The position numbers and the translations under genes were made by a program. A DNA stretch of 32,000 nucleotides from Pyrolobus fumarii 1A (GTDB lineage Archaea; Thermoproteota; Thermoprotei_A; Sulfolobales; Pyrodictiaceae). Below the pieces are notes generated by a model. That model did not search any database, had not been told where the DNA came from, and saw only the letters and a program-made list of their open reading frames with translations. Position 1 is the first letter of the stretch, and each line of letters opens with the position of its first letter. Below are positions 1-8,365 of this stretch, piece by piece. Where the stretch lies: contig NC_015931.1 of the NCBI RefSeq assembly GCF_000223395.1, positions 1 to 32,000 of the forward strand, given 5' to 3'.

Positions 1-38
1 ATAGCTCACCCCATGCACGTAACGCGTCTAGAAGGGGG

Positions 39-115
<77 letters not shown>

Positions 116-164
116 ACCTCTAGACCCGCTCTTTCCATGCACGGTGTTACGGCCGCCACTCCCC

Positions 165-176
165 CTATAGCCTTTT
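165..176 (+). promoter_or_regulatory. TATA-like element upstream of orc1/cdc6
   Basis: CTATAGCCTTTT is the only A/T-enriched stretch between the tRNA and the Orc1 ORF. A TSS about 25-27 nt downstream (near 196) would favour the in-frame GTG at 200 or 209 over the GTG at 185. Confidence 0.35.
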
Positions 177-184
177 GCCTATGA

Positions 185-1420
185 GTGGTTGTGGGGGTAG
201 TGGTTCCAGTGGACGTCTTGGACGAGGTTTTCGAGAGAGTAGTGAAGGCTAGGATATTCCGGAATCGCTCTGTGCTCTCACCCGACTATATACCCGACAA
301 GCTGCCCCACCGTGAGCGGGAGATACGCGCGCTCGGCAGTATCGTTGCGCAGGCGCTGAAGGGCGAGAGGCCCAGCAACGTGTTCATCTACGGCTTGACC
401 GGCACGGGCAAGACTGCCGTCACGCTATACGTGCTGAGGAGGCTAGAGGCTAAGGCCAAGGAGCTTGGAGCCCCCGTCTCTTACATATATGTCAACTGCA
501 GGCAGCGTGACACGCCGTACAAGGTTCTAGCCGAGATAGCCTCTACTCTCGACGTGCGTGTACCATTTACGGGCCTCTCTACAGCCGAGGTATACACGAG
601 GCTCGTTAGGAGGCTCAAGAAGCTCCGTGGCCACGTGATAGTAGTCGTACTTGACGAGATAGACTGGCTTGTAAAGAGGAAGGGCGACGACCTGCTGTAC
701 AAACTGACGCGTATCGGCTACGAGCTTGGTCTGGACGCCGCGAAGGTCAGCATCATAGGTGTCACGAACGATGTGAAACTTGTCGAGATGCTTGATGCGA
801 GAGTTCGTAGTAGCCTCGGGGAGGAGGAGATAGTCTTCCCGCCCTACAACGCTAAGCAGCTTGAGGATATCCTGCGGGAGAGGGCTGAACTCGCCTTCAA
901 CCCCGGCGTGCTAGAGCCCGACGTCATACCGTTCTGTGCGGCGCTCGCCGCAAGAGAGCATGGCGACGCTCGCAGGGCCCTAGACCTGCTTCGCGTGGCT
1001 GGCGAGCTTGCAGAGAGGGAGGGTGCAGACAAGGTGACAGTGGAGCATGTGAAGCGCGCGTGGGTCGAGATAGAGAGGGATCGTGTGAGGGAGGTTGTCT
1101 CGACGCTACCCCTGCACGCCAAGCTAGTACTGCTCGCTGTGCTCGAGTTGACAGCCGAGGGTAAGAGGTACACCACGACGGGAGAGCTCTACGATACCTA
1201 CTCTAATCTAGCGTCTAAACTTGGCATAGAGAGGGTCACGCAGAGGAGAGTATCGGATATAATCGCGGAGCTTGACATGCTTGGGGTGATATCGGCTAGA
1301 GTTGTGAGCCGCGGGAGGTACGGCAAGACTAGGATGATAACGCTCTCGGCTGACCCAAAGGCTGTGAGAGATGCTCTAAGCGAAGACCCTCTGGTTCGCA
1401 TCTTACTGGGGGCAGAGTGA
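185..1420 (+). CDS. cdc6: Orc1/Cdc6 replication initiator (AAA+ plus C-terminal winged helix)
   Basis: N-terminal IFRNRSVLSPDYIPDKLPHRERE; Walker A GLTGTGKT; Walker B VVVLDEID; sensor-2-like GDARRALDLLR; C-terminal winged-helix region. Coordinates give the maximal ORF (GTG at 185). In-frame GTGs at 191, 200 and 209 are alternative starts. Confidence 0.95.
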   Translation: MVVGVVVPVDVLDEVFERVVKARIFRNRSVLSPDYIPDKLPHREREIRALGSIVAQALKGERPSNVFIYGLTGTGKTAVTLYVLRRLEAKAKELGAPVSYIYVNCRQRDTPYKVLAEIASTLDVRVPFTGLSTAEVYTRLVRRLKKLRGHVIVVVLDEIDWLVKRKGDDLLYKLTRIGYELGLDAAKVSIIGVTNDVKLVEMLDARVRSSLGEEEIVFPPYNAKQLEDILRERAELAFNPGVLEPDVIPFCAALAAREHGDARRALDLLRVAGELAEREGADKVTVEHVKRAWVEIERDRVREVVSTLPLHAKLVLLAVLELTAEGKRYTTTGELYDTYSNLASKLGIERVTQRRVSDIIAELDMLGVISARVVSRGRYGKTRMITLSADPKAVRDALSEDPLVRILLGAE

Positions 1421-1959
1421 GGATACTCGGTGTGGATGACGGGCCTTTCCGGAGGGGTGATGGTCACACTGTTCTCGTAGGCGTGCTTCACACCAATTTC
1501 ATCCCATCGGGTGTTGCCGCGAGAATCGTGAGTGTCGATGGGAAGGAGGCTACCGAGAAGCTTGTGGAGATGGTTAGGGAGGTCGGGCCAGACTTAGTCG
1601 TGGTTGATTCGGTGACATGCTGTGGCTTTAACTTCATAGATGGGCATCGCGTTTACCTTTCCACGGGTATCCCCGTTCTCCATGTGTACCTCTACCCTCT
1701 CGATATGGATGCTGTAAGGAGGGCGTTGGAGAAGATAAGGTTGCTCGACGAGCGTTTCGAGGTTATACAGTTGCACTGGTCGCGCGCTGTTAGGGTGGAG
1801 TGCCGATACGGCCCACTCTGGGTTACTGCGTGGGGACTGCACAACCTGGAGGCGTTGGCGTGCAGCCTCCAGGTGTATTCTAGAGTCCCGCTTGTCATCC
1901 AGAACGCGCACCGCGTAGCAAGGTTGATTGTGAGGTGGTTGCGCCGCTCCCCGCTTTAA
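1417..1959 (+). CDS. DUF99 / UPF0215 family protein (endonuclease V-like fold family)
   Basis: The N-terminus MRILGVDDGPF, followed by VDG, is typical of archaeal UPF0215/DUF99 proteins as I recall them. The GTG start overlaps the orc1 TGA stop (GTGA, 1417-1420). Confidence 0.7.
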   Translation: MRILGVDDGPFRRGDGHTVLVGVLHTNFIPSGVAARIVSVDGKEATEKLVEMVREVGPDLVVVDSVTCCGFNFIDGHRVYLSTGIPVLHVYLYPLDMDAVRRALEKIRLLDERFEVIQLHWSRAVRVECRYGPLWVTAWGLHNLEALACSLQVYSRVPLVIQNAHRVARLIVRWLRRSPL

Positions 1960-1962
1960 TAA
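1955..1962 (+). promoter_or_regulatory. TATA-like box for pdxT
   Basis: TTTAATAA spans the DUF99 stop codon. The predicted TSS near 1985 lies downstream of the track start (1966) and upstream of GTG 2002. Confidence 0.4.
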
Positions 1963-2001
1963 TCGGTGGGGTTGCGTGCTACCCCTCCGGGCGGATGTGG
2001 C

Positions 2002-2646
2002 GTGAAGATAGGCGTTGTTGGGCTCCAGGGTGGCGTATACGAGCACGTCTATATGTTTAGGAGGGTTTTCGCCGAGGAGGGCATAAGCGGCGAAGTAGTG
2101 GTTGTGAAGAAGCCTGGCGACCTGCAAGGCGTTGACGGTGTTGTGCTGCCGGGTGGCGAGTCTACAACCATACAACGACTCGCGAAGAAGGTTGGCTTGT
2201 GGGATGCTCTGCGCGACACCGTGGAGTCTGGCACGCCCGTTATGGGTACGTGTGCTGGCGCGATTCTCCTAGCGAAGAGGGTTGTCGATGCTAAGGTTGG
2301 CGCTGCTAGGGTGGAGACTCTGAGTGTCCTGGATGTGACTCTCGTCCGTAATGCCTATGGTAGACAGAGGGAGAGCTTCGAGATAGATATTGAGGTACCG
2401 TGGGGCGACAAGCCATTCCGCGCCGTCTTCATCCGCGCACCCGCCATAGTGGAGGTTGGGCCCGGCGTAGAGGTGCTAGCAACCCTGAGTACAGAGAGAG
2501 TGCCGCTCATAGTGCCGGATGCGCCGCCGGAGGTCCCGGTTATAGTGAGGCAGGGTGGCATGCTCGCGACAACCTTCCACCCAGAGCTGAGCGGCGACAC
2601 AAGGATACACAGATACTTCGTTGATATTGTGAGGGGTAGGGCTTAG
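2002..2646 (+). CDS. pdxT: Pyridoxal 5'-phosphate synthase glutaminase subunit PdxT (SNO family)
   Basis: VKIGVVGLQGG N-terminus, LPGGESTT, nucleophile motif GTCAG and FHPEL (His/Glu of the triad). Start placed at GTG 2002 (aa 13 of the track ORF 1966..2646) because of family N-terminus conservation and the upstream TATA-like box. Confidence 0.85.
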   Translation: MKIGVVGLQGGVYEHVYMFRRVFAEEGISGEVVVVKKPGDLQGVDGVVLPGGESTTIQRLAKKVGLWDALRDTVESGTPVMGTCAGAILLAKRVVDAKVGAARVETLSVLDVTLVRNAYGRQRESFEIDIEVPWGDKPFRAVFIRAPAIVEVGPGVEVLATLSTERVPLIVPDAPPEVPVIVRQGGMLATTFHPELSGDTRIHRYFVDIVRGRA

Positions 2647-3011
2647 CCACCTCCTAGTCTAGACTCCAACACCGATGCTATTACGGCGGCTCTCTCCACC
2701 CTACCCTTCTCGAGGAGGCCAAGCACGCCAAGCGCTAGAGCGACCACCTCGTCGTCTAGACTGGCACCTCTACACAGTTTCTCCAGGAGGAGCGCCACCG
2801 GGCGCAATGCACGATAGCTGTAACTTGGTGTGAAGCTACCCTCCTCTATCGCCGCATAGTTGTCGACTAGCGGCTTAATCCGCTCTAGCATCTCGCACGC
2901 CTCCCGACGTTCTATACTTACATTGACGTTTCTAACCACACTTTCCGGCTCCCCACGTTCGAGGAGTTCAGCGAGCCTCCTCGCCGCCTCGGTTACCTCT
3001 CTCCGTGGCAT
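2643..3011 (-). CDS. Hypothetical small helical protein (122 aa; alternative GTG start at 2939 gives 98 aa)
   Basis: It is the only long ORF in this interval, with Glu/Arg/Leu-rich composition like neighbouring genes. With the ATG at 3011 it overlaps the 3' end of the upstream PP-loop gene by 44 nt. I recognise no motif. Confidence 0.5.
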   Translation of the reverse strand: MPRREVTEAARRLAELLERGEPESVVRNVNVSIERREACEMLERIKPLVDNYAAIEEGSFTPSYSYRALRPVALLLEKLCRGASLDDEVVALALGVLGLLEKGRVERAAVIASVLESRLGGG

Positions 3012-4977
3012 CCCGCATCTCCTTGGTGCGATAGACTTCCTCCTCAGCCCGCTTAGCCTTACTCACGTACTCCTCGCCCTTCCGCTCCCTCTCGGCACGT
3101 AGCCTCGCAAGCGCCCTCCGGTAGCCCAGGACAAGGTTGGCAATGCCCAGGTCTACAGCGCCCCACGCTAACGGACACGTCTCAACGCATATCTTGCACT
3201 CTGGCGCCTTACACTTCTCATCCACGTCTAGGGGGAGTCGAATAGCGTCCACCGGACACTTGTTTACACACACCTTACACTCAACGCAATAGGTTGCAGC
3301 GTACAGCGTCTTGAGGAGGAGTGCACAACTACCAAAGTGGCCCTTCTCCAGCCACACACCATGCTCATCTTCTATGATGGCCTTGCATCCACCGAGAGTG
3401 AACACCCTCTCCTCCACTCTCTTGGCCCCCAGTATCTTCGATGCAACCCTAGCAGCTCTCTCGATATCATTTCTATCGGCGCGACGCGGTGGTCTACGAG
3501 GACCGGGCAGCCTTGGGATTATCTCGACACCCGCTAGCCTAGCTATATCGCGCAAGTCGCGTGGCTGCAGAGCCAGCCTCCACGCGTGAAGTTCGGCAAC
3601 TCTCCTCCAGCCGAATGGCGATATCCGCCTAGACGCGTCCTCTATGTAAGGCCTCCACGCCACGAAGTCGTCAGGGTAGAGTCGCTCGGCGAGCCTAAGC
3701 TCATAAACACTCTTGTTAGGGCACATGACACAGCTAATTCTCTCGAACCCCTGGTCGTAGTCTGGCGGCACCTCGGCCCTGAAGTAGTAGCGGAGAGCCA
3801 ACATTTCGAGGAATCTCGGCCACTTGTAAGGCACTGCGTGCACCAACACGCCATGCTCAACGTCAACATAGGTTGCTGGTTTAAGCCCCCTACGCAGCGT
3901 CTCATAGCTTCGCGAGCCCGTGTAGCTGACTATAGAGTCACGACCTAAGCGGCGGAGGTAAGACATGAGAGGAGCTATCTTGAAGACCTGGGTACACCAT
4001 CTGTAACCCCTCACCGGCATTCCGAAGGCGTCTGTCATCCTCTTTACATACTCCCACTCATTCTCGTGTATAACGACCTTCACACCTAGGCGCGACGCAG
4101 TCCTCTCCACGAGACTTGGTATGTGCGGAGGATCTCCGTGCTCAATATGGCTATAGAAGGCTTGAGCGTTTGACCCGGCCTCTACAAGCAGATGCAACGC
4201 TAGCAGACTATCCTTGCCGCCCGATAGGCCTAGGACGCCCCTCTTGCCTAACCGCCCCTCAAGCCACTCAACAACACGCCTAACCTTCTCGATGAGCATC
4301 TCAATGTGGCCTAGGTTTGCCTTGTACGCATCGAGGATAGAGCCCCCGCGCAGCACCAGCCTCTCGTCGGGCACAACATCCCACGTTTCTACTATACGCG
4401 CCACGCTGGAGCCAGCAACACCAACAGCAACGCCAACAACCCGACCATTATCCTCAACAAGATATACTCCGCTCTCATCTATACCACGCGGCTTCGCGTG
4501 GACAGGACTCTCGCGGATCGCACGCCCACCCAGACCTTCACGCTCCATAAGGAGCGCTAGCCCAGGCCCTGGTATCGCGATAAACGAGCCACGGAAATAG
4601 TCGTAGTATACTATCGCTAGCCTTACACCATTGACGAACCACTCCCACATCTGATCCAGGACGCCGTCACTATCCGTGTTGATGAGGCTTAACCCTCTCC
4701 GCGCAATATCTGCAACGCGCTTTGCAAATACCTCGTCGCCGAATGTGTACTTCAGTGCATCCTCTAGGATCTTGTAGTCTTGCTCGACGGCTGGACGCGG
4801 GTCGCACCACAGTCTCGACTGGCTACACAGGTCGACGAGCTTCGATGCATTCCGCGCAGCATAACTATACTTGAAGTATGGCACGTTACCCTCGAGGTCG
4901 TAATAGACGTGTAGCCCAGAGCTCTCAGAGCGTAGCCTAGCTAGCCTCTCTGCAACTATCCAGTCGAAACTCCTCAA
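2968..4977 (-). CDS. PAPS-reductase-like PP-loop ATP pyrophosphatase fused to a 2x[4Fe-4S] ferredoxin domain, with an N-terminal extension of about 240 aa of unknown function
   Basis: PP-loop LGLSGGKDS about 250 aa from the N-terminus, and a PAPS_reduct-like core (YRWCTQVFKI, ISCVMCP). C-terminal CVECKVCVNKCP and CKAPECKICVETCP ferredoxin motifs. TTG start at 4977. Confidence 0.8.
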   Translation of the reverse strand: MRSFDWIVAERLARLRSESSGLHVYYDLEGNVPYFKYSYAARNASKLVDLCSQSRLWCDPRPAVEQDYKILEDALKYTFGDEVFAKRVADIARRGLSLINTDSDGVLDQMWEWFVNGVRLAIVYYDYFRGSFIAIPGPGLALLMEREGLGGRAIRESPVHAKPRGIDESGVYLVEDNGRVVGVAVGVAGSSVARIVETWDVVPDERLVLRGGSILDAYKANLGHIEMLIEKVRRVVEWLEGRLGKRGVLGLSGGKDSLLALHLLVEAGSNAQAFYSHIEHGDPPHIPSLVERTASRLGVKVVIHENEWEYVKRMTDAFGMPVRGYRWCTQVFKIAPLMSYLRRLGRDSIVSYTGSRSYETLRRGLKPATYVDVEHGVLVHAVPYKWPRFLEMLALRYYFRAEVPPDYDQGFERISCVMCPNKSVYELRLAERLYPDDFVAWRPYIEDASRRISPFGWRRVAELHAWRLALQPRDLRDIARLAGVEIIPRLPGPRRPPRRADRNDIERAARVASKILGAKRVEERVFTLGGCKAIIEDEHGVWLEKGHFGSCALLLKTLYAATYCVECKVCVNKCPVDAIRLPLDVDEKCKAPECKICVETCPLAWGAVDLGIANLVLGYRRALARLRAERERKGEEYVSKAKRAEEEVYRTKEMRDATERGNRGGEEAR

Positions 4978-5025
4978 GACGGGATATCCTTGCTATACAC
5001 AGTGGTTCGGCCTAAAAGCAGCCTA

Positions 5026-5475
5026 TCATCGCCGAGAGCTCATACCCCCCTCGGTCTCCACATCCCTGCCTAGCTGCACCGCCACTCTCGATAATATCGT
5101 TTCGAGCATCTCTAGTTGAGGAGGGCATCCAGGTACCCTCACGAGCGGGGTACCCTTAGGCTGCAAGACGGCTGGCGGCACAACCCTCAGGCCTCGAACT
5201 GCAAACACTCCACCGTTTAACGCACAGCAACCCACACTCACTAGAAGCTTCACGCCATGCATTATCTTTCTGAGCCGCTCTACATCCTCTATACTACCTG
5301 CAAAGCCCGTCACAAGTACTACATCAACCCCCGTTGGGAGCCTCGTCTCTTCAACCAGCATAGGCCAGTATACAATCTCGAAGAGTTCCAGGCACCGTCG
5401 GCACCTTAACAACGCCTTAGCCAACTGGACTTCGCATCCACCGCATCCACGGAGGGTCAGCACAGCTACTGTCAC
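5026..5475 (-). CDS. Stand-alone NuoB / [NiFe]-hydrogenase small-subunit-like Fe-S protein (Oxidored_q6-like)
   Basis: Motifs LRGCGGCEV, SVGCCALNGG and VPGCPP are in the order typical of the 20-kDa NuoB / hydrogenase small-subunit N-terminal domain. Start set to GTG 5475, 11 nt after the upstream gene's stop. The track ORF extension to 5658 overlaps that gene and looks non-coding. Confidence 0.65.
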   Translation of the reverse strand: MTVAVLTLRGCGGCEVQLAKALLRCRRCLELFEIVYWPMLVEETRLPTGVDVVLVTGFAGSIEDVERLRKIMHGVKLLVSVGCCALNGGVFAVRGLRVVPPAVLQPKGTPLVRVPGCPPQLEMLETILSRVAVQLGRDVETEGGMSSRR

Positions 5476-5486
5476 TACCCTGCGGA

Positions 5487-6158
5487 CTAGTTGAGCGTCA
5501 GCGGTGTGCTTGTCTCGCCTCTCGTGTATACTAGAGCTATTCGCGAGATCCTTGGCTTCGCGCCGGGAGGTAGTGTCGCCAGGTAAGCGGTGACCAAGCC
5601 CCGGAGAAGCGCCTCGTCCATCGGCGGCTTCGTTGGATCGACGAGACCCATTGCCCATAGTAGCGCTATCCCGGCAAGTACATGTTTACATAGAGTGTAC
5701 TTGTAGGCTTGTGGAGGGAAACCTAGCCTCGCAAGAACCCTATCCGCGCTTGCACCCGTGAATATTGCGTCGGGGCACGTACACTTGAGGGCATAGGGCC
5801 CTATCTCAACGTGGTATATCGTCTCCACGGCCTCTGGCGGCTGAAGCCTAACACGCCCGTCAAGCGTCCGAACCGCCACTGGTTGAAGCCTTACTCCCTT
5901 GCCCGCATACTTCGCCGACACCATGAGTATCACGTGGGCGTTATCTCCCACCCGCCTTACGCTAACGATACGCTCCGACGCGTGAATTATCACGTCACGC
6001 GCGCCACTAACCCTCTTCGAGATATACTCTTTCACACGCGGCGCATCGTCACCAAAGAAGCGCTCGGAAAGCTTGTACAGATACTCAGCTAGCTTGTCCA
6101 GCTTGGCCACTGCCTCGCCTCGCACCGCGTCTGGCAACCACTTTGCTCTGGGGGGCAC
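5487..6158 (-). CDS. SWIM-type zinc-finger protein
   Basis: CxC...CxH signature: KCTCPD, then 28 residues, then CKHVLA. The rest has no motif I can name. Confidence 0.55.
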   Translation of the reverse strand: MPPRAKWLPDAVRGEAVAKLDKLAEYLYKLSERFFGDDAPRVKEYISKRVSGARDVIIHASERIVSVRRVGDNAHVILMVSAKYAGKGVRLQPVAVRTLDGRVRLQPPEAVETIYHVEIGPYALKCTCPDAIFTGASADRVLARLGFPPQAYKYTLCKHVLAGIALLWAMGLVDPTKPPMDEALLRGLVTAYLATLPPGAKPRISRIALVYTRGETSTPLTLN

Positions 6159-6245
6159 CCTACACTACCAGGGCTATACTCGCCACGAGCCACGGTAATA
6201 CCATCGTCGCCGAGGCACGACAAGGGAGCACGAAAAACCATGTGC

Positions 6246-7130
6246 CTAGAGGAGCTCAGAGGCTCTCATTGCTATCTCGGAGTATAGGCGTATTGCGTCA
6301 CGGAACTTCGTCTGCCAGGGACCAGTGTAGATTATGTGCACCTTTAGTTCGCCTGGACGCCTTCTTTGCAGCCGAACCAGGTACTCTGCTAGAGCCTCGG
6401 CTAGGGGCTCTAGCCTCGGGTAGCCGGTCCCCAGGGGTGTCCTCTTCTTGAGCAACCGTCCGCCGAAGTAGACGCCGGTCACCTGGCTGAAGCGTAGACT
6501 AAAGTAGCCTCTCGAGAGCCTCTCTGTCTCCTCGAGGACACGGAGCCAGAAGCTCTTGTCAACAATGCTGTCCGCGCCTACGAAATCGCCAGTCTCGTAG
6601 ACGCGAGTCAAGAGTATGAAGCTGTTCTCCAGCTGATTACTTATGGTGAGCCTCGGGTCACCAACCTTCTCCATGATAGCCCTTATGTCTTCAAAAGTGC
6701 CTAGCTGGTGCCTTGTGTATGTCACCTCAAGGCTGAGGTAGACATTGCTAGGCAACACGTCGAGTATAGCCTTGACAACCTCCGCGGCTGCATCGATATC
6801 ACGGTCGTCATAGTATATCCTCCAGCCTAGGTGTATGTTGAATATCTCGGCACCGGCTAGTACGGCTCTCCTAGCGGCCTCGCGGAAGGCCTTAACCACC
6901 TTGGCTTGTGTCTCCGGCCTCTTGGCCACAACGTTGTAGTAGGGCCCGTGAGCCGTTATCGTCGTGAAGGCTTGGCGCGCCTCCCTCGCGTAACCCTGGA
7001 AGTACTCGTCGCCATAATACCTCCTGGTTAGGTCGTAGGGGGGCAGCTCGGTAAGCTTCATACCCAGTAGCGCAGCCTTCTCGAGCGTGGAGGCTGAGTT
7101 ATAAGTGCCCCAGTCGAAGAGTACTGGCAT
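6246..7130 (-). CDS. Xylose-isomerase-like TIM-barrel protein (AP endonuclease 2 / sugar-phosphate isomerase superfamily), function unknown
   Basis: Alternating beta/alpha pattern with HGPYYNV, FNIHLGW and LSLEVTY resembles EndoIV/xylose-isomerase-like barrels. ATG at 7130 is chosen over the track start 7238, whose first 36 aa are low-complexity and overlap the divergent promoter. Confidence 0.45.
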   Translation of the reverse strand: MPVLFDWGTYNSASTLEKAALLGMKLTELPPYDLTRRYYGDEYFQGYAREARQAFTTITAHGPYYNVVAKRPETQAKVVKAFREAARRAVLAGAEIFNIHLGWRIYYDDRDIDAAAEVVKAILDVLPSNVYLSLEVTYTRHQLGTFEDIRAIMEKVGDPRLTISNQLENSFILLTRVYETGDFVGADSIVDKSFWLRVLEETERLSRGYFSLRFSQVTGVYFGGRLLKKRTPLGTGYPRLEPLAEALAEYLVRLQRRRPGELKVHIIYTGPWQTKFRDAIRLYSEIAMRASELL

Positions 7131-7169
7131 TAGCGCGGTCACCAGTGATAACCTAGACCATGGTCTCGC

Positions 7170-7176
7170 TATAAAG
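7170..7176 (+). promoter_or_regulatory. TATA box (TATAAAG) for the glycosyltransferase gene
   Basis: Canonical TATAAA centred about 31 nt upstream of the in-frame GTG at 7204. This implies a leaderless or very short-leader mRNA. Confidence 0.55.
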
Positions 7177-7203
7177 CGGGATTGTAGCGAGCCGCTCCTT
7201 TCG

Positions 7204-8319
7204 GTGGTAATCCCGACGTACAACGAGCGTGAAAACATACCCGTGCTGCTAGAGAGGCTGGAAGCGGCTCTAAGGAGCCTCGAGGGGTGTTACGAGGCAA
7301 TCATTATAGATGATGATAGTCCCGATGGCACCTGGAAGCTTGCACAAGAGCTCGCCTCGGCTAGATACCCGTGGCTTAGGGTCGTGCGGAGGATTGGAGA
7401 GAGGGGTCTGGGAAGCGCTATCGTACGTGGCCTGCGCGAGGCGCGAGGCAAGTATGTTGTGGTCATAGATGCGGATTTGCAACACCCGCCGGAGCTCATA
7501 CCAAAGCTCCTCGAGACTGCTCTGAAAGAAGACGCGGATGTCGTGATAGCCTCTAGGTATGTGAGAGGCGGGGGTGTTGAGGGTTGGAGTTGGCTACGAC
7601 GCCTCGTATCACTCGGAGCTGGCATGATCGCTAGGTTGCTCTTGCCCGAGGTGAGGAAAGTCAGGGACCCGATGAGCGGCTTCTGGTTGGTAAGGAAGTC
7701 TCTAGTCGAGGGGGTCAGCCTAGAGCCTAGGAGCTGGAAGATTCTCCTCGAGATACTGGTGAAGGCTAAGCCGGGACGCGTTGTGGAGGTACCCTACGTT
7801 TTCCATGAGAGGCTCCACGGTAAGAGCAAGTTAAAGCCCCGTCACATGCTCGAGTACCTGCTACACCTTCTACACCTTAGCGAGTACCGCGTGTTTAAGT
7901 TTGCACTTGTAGGCGCGTCGGGAACCATAGTCAACCTGGCAACTCTTGCCGCGCTAGTTGAGAACAAGCTACTCCCCCTCTGGGCCGCTTATCTGGCATC
8001 ATTCGAGACCTCGCTTACATGGAACTACATTCTACACGACACGTTTACCTTCCGCGGAGCGAGACCACGCGGTTTCCCCAACGCGCTGCGATACTGGCTT
8101 CGCTACCACAAGGCGGCGCTAGGAGGACTAGCCGCATACTACACTGTCTCGATGACACTGTCTTCGATACTACACGTCAACTACCTAGTCGCCGGCTTCC
8201 TGGGCATACTGACCGGCTTCGCAGTGAACTTCCTGGTTTCTCAGCACCACGTGTGGAATACAGCGGGGGCCTCCAGCGGGGACCGGGTCATCCGGCCAGG
8301 TCCCCACGGGGGTCCCTAG
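7204..8319 (+). CDS. GT2 dolichyl-phosphate mannosyl/glucosyl-transferase fused to a C-terminal GtrA-like membrane domain
   Basis: VVIPTYNE, IDDDSPDGT and IDADLQHPP are GT2 DPM-synthase motifs. The C-terminal YRVFKFALVGASGTIVNL plus hydrophobic helices are GtrA-like. Start moved from track GTG 7105 to GTG 7204 on promoter evidence; 7105 cannot be excluded. Confidence 0.85.
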   Translation: MVIPTYNERENIPVLLERLEAALRSLEGCYEAIIIDDDSPDGTWKLAQELASARYPWLRVVRRIGERGLGSAIVRGLREARGKYVVVIDADLQHPPELIPKLLETALKEDADVVIASRYVRGGGVEGWSWLRRLVSLGAGMIARLLLPEVRKVRDPMSGFWLVRKSLVEGVSLEPRSWKILLEILVKAKPGRVVEVPYVFHERLHGKSKLKPRHMLEYLLHLLHLSEYRVFKFALVGASGTIVNLATLAALVENKLLPLWAAYLASFETSLTWNYILHDTFTFRGARPRGFPNALRYWLRYHKAALGGLAAYYTVSMTLSSILHVNYLVAGFLGILTGFAVNFLVSQHHVWNTAGASSGDRVIRPGPHGGP

Positions 8320-8325
8320 ACCCCC
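8308..8325. repeat. Perfect 7-bp inverted repeat (GGGGGTC-CCTA-GACCCCC) spanning the glycosyltransferase stop codon
   Basis: Read directly from the sequence. It lies in the 46-nt gap region between convergent genes. Function (termination or RNA stability) is not established. Confidence 0.6.
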
Positions 8326-8365
8326 TCGGGGCTCCGCCGTCCAGTCACCGGCCCCCCAGGTTAAC

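Noticed and set aside
116-184. Replication origin directly upstream of orc1
   Set aside because: Only 69 nt separate orc1 from the tRNA gene. This is too short for an ORB-flanked A/T-rich unwinding element, and no repeated ORB copies are present. Only the single dyad reported in findings was seen.
1594-2175. 193-aa minus-strand ORF spanning the DUF99/pdxT junction
   Set aside because: It is antisense to two motif-supported genes and crosses their intergenic TATA region. Its Arg/Pro/Ala/His-rich low-complexity translation is typical of open antisense frames in GC-rich DNA.
2002-2646. pdxT without an adjacent pdxS as an anomaly
   Set aside because: The PdxS and PdxT genes are not always adjacent in archaeal genomes, and pdxS may lie elsewhere in the genome. 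Absence from a 32-kb window is not evidence of anything unusual.
5476-5658. N-terminal 60-aa extension of the NuoB-like ORF in the track (5026..5658)
   Set aside because: The extension overlaps the 3' end of the SWIM gene by 172 nt and is low-complexity. An in-frame GTG at 5475, 11 nt after that gene's stop, gives a protein starting right at the conserved domain.
7105-7203. Upstream GTG start for the glycosyltransferase
   Set aside because: It would overlap the divergent TIM-barrel gene start. It would also place the canonical TATAAAG (7170-7176) inside the coding region. GTG 7204, immediately before VIPTYNE, fits the promoter spacing. This is not fully excluded.
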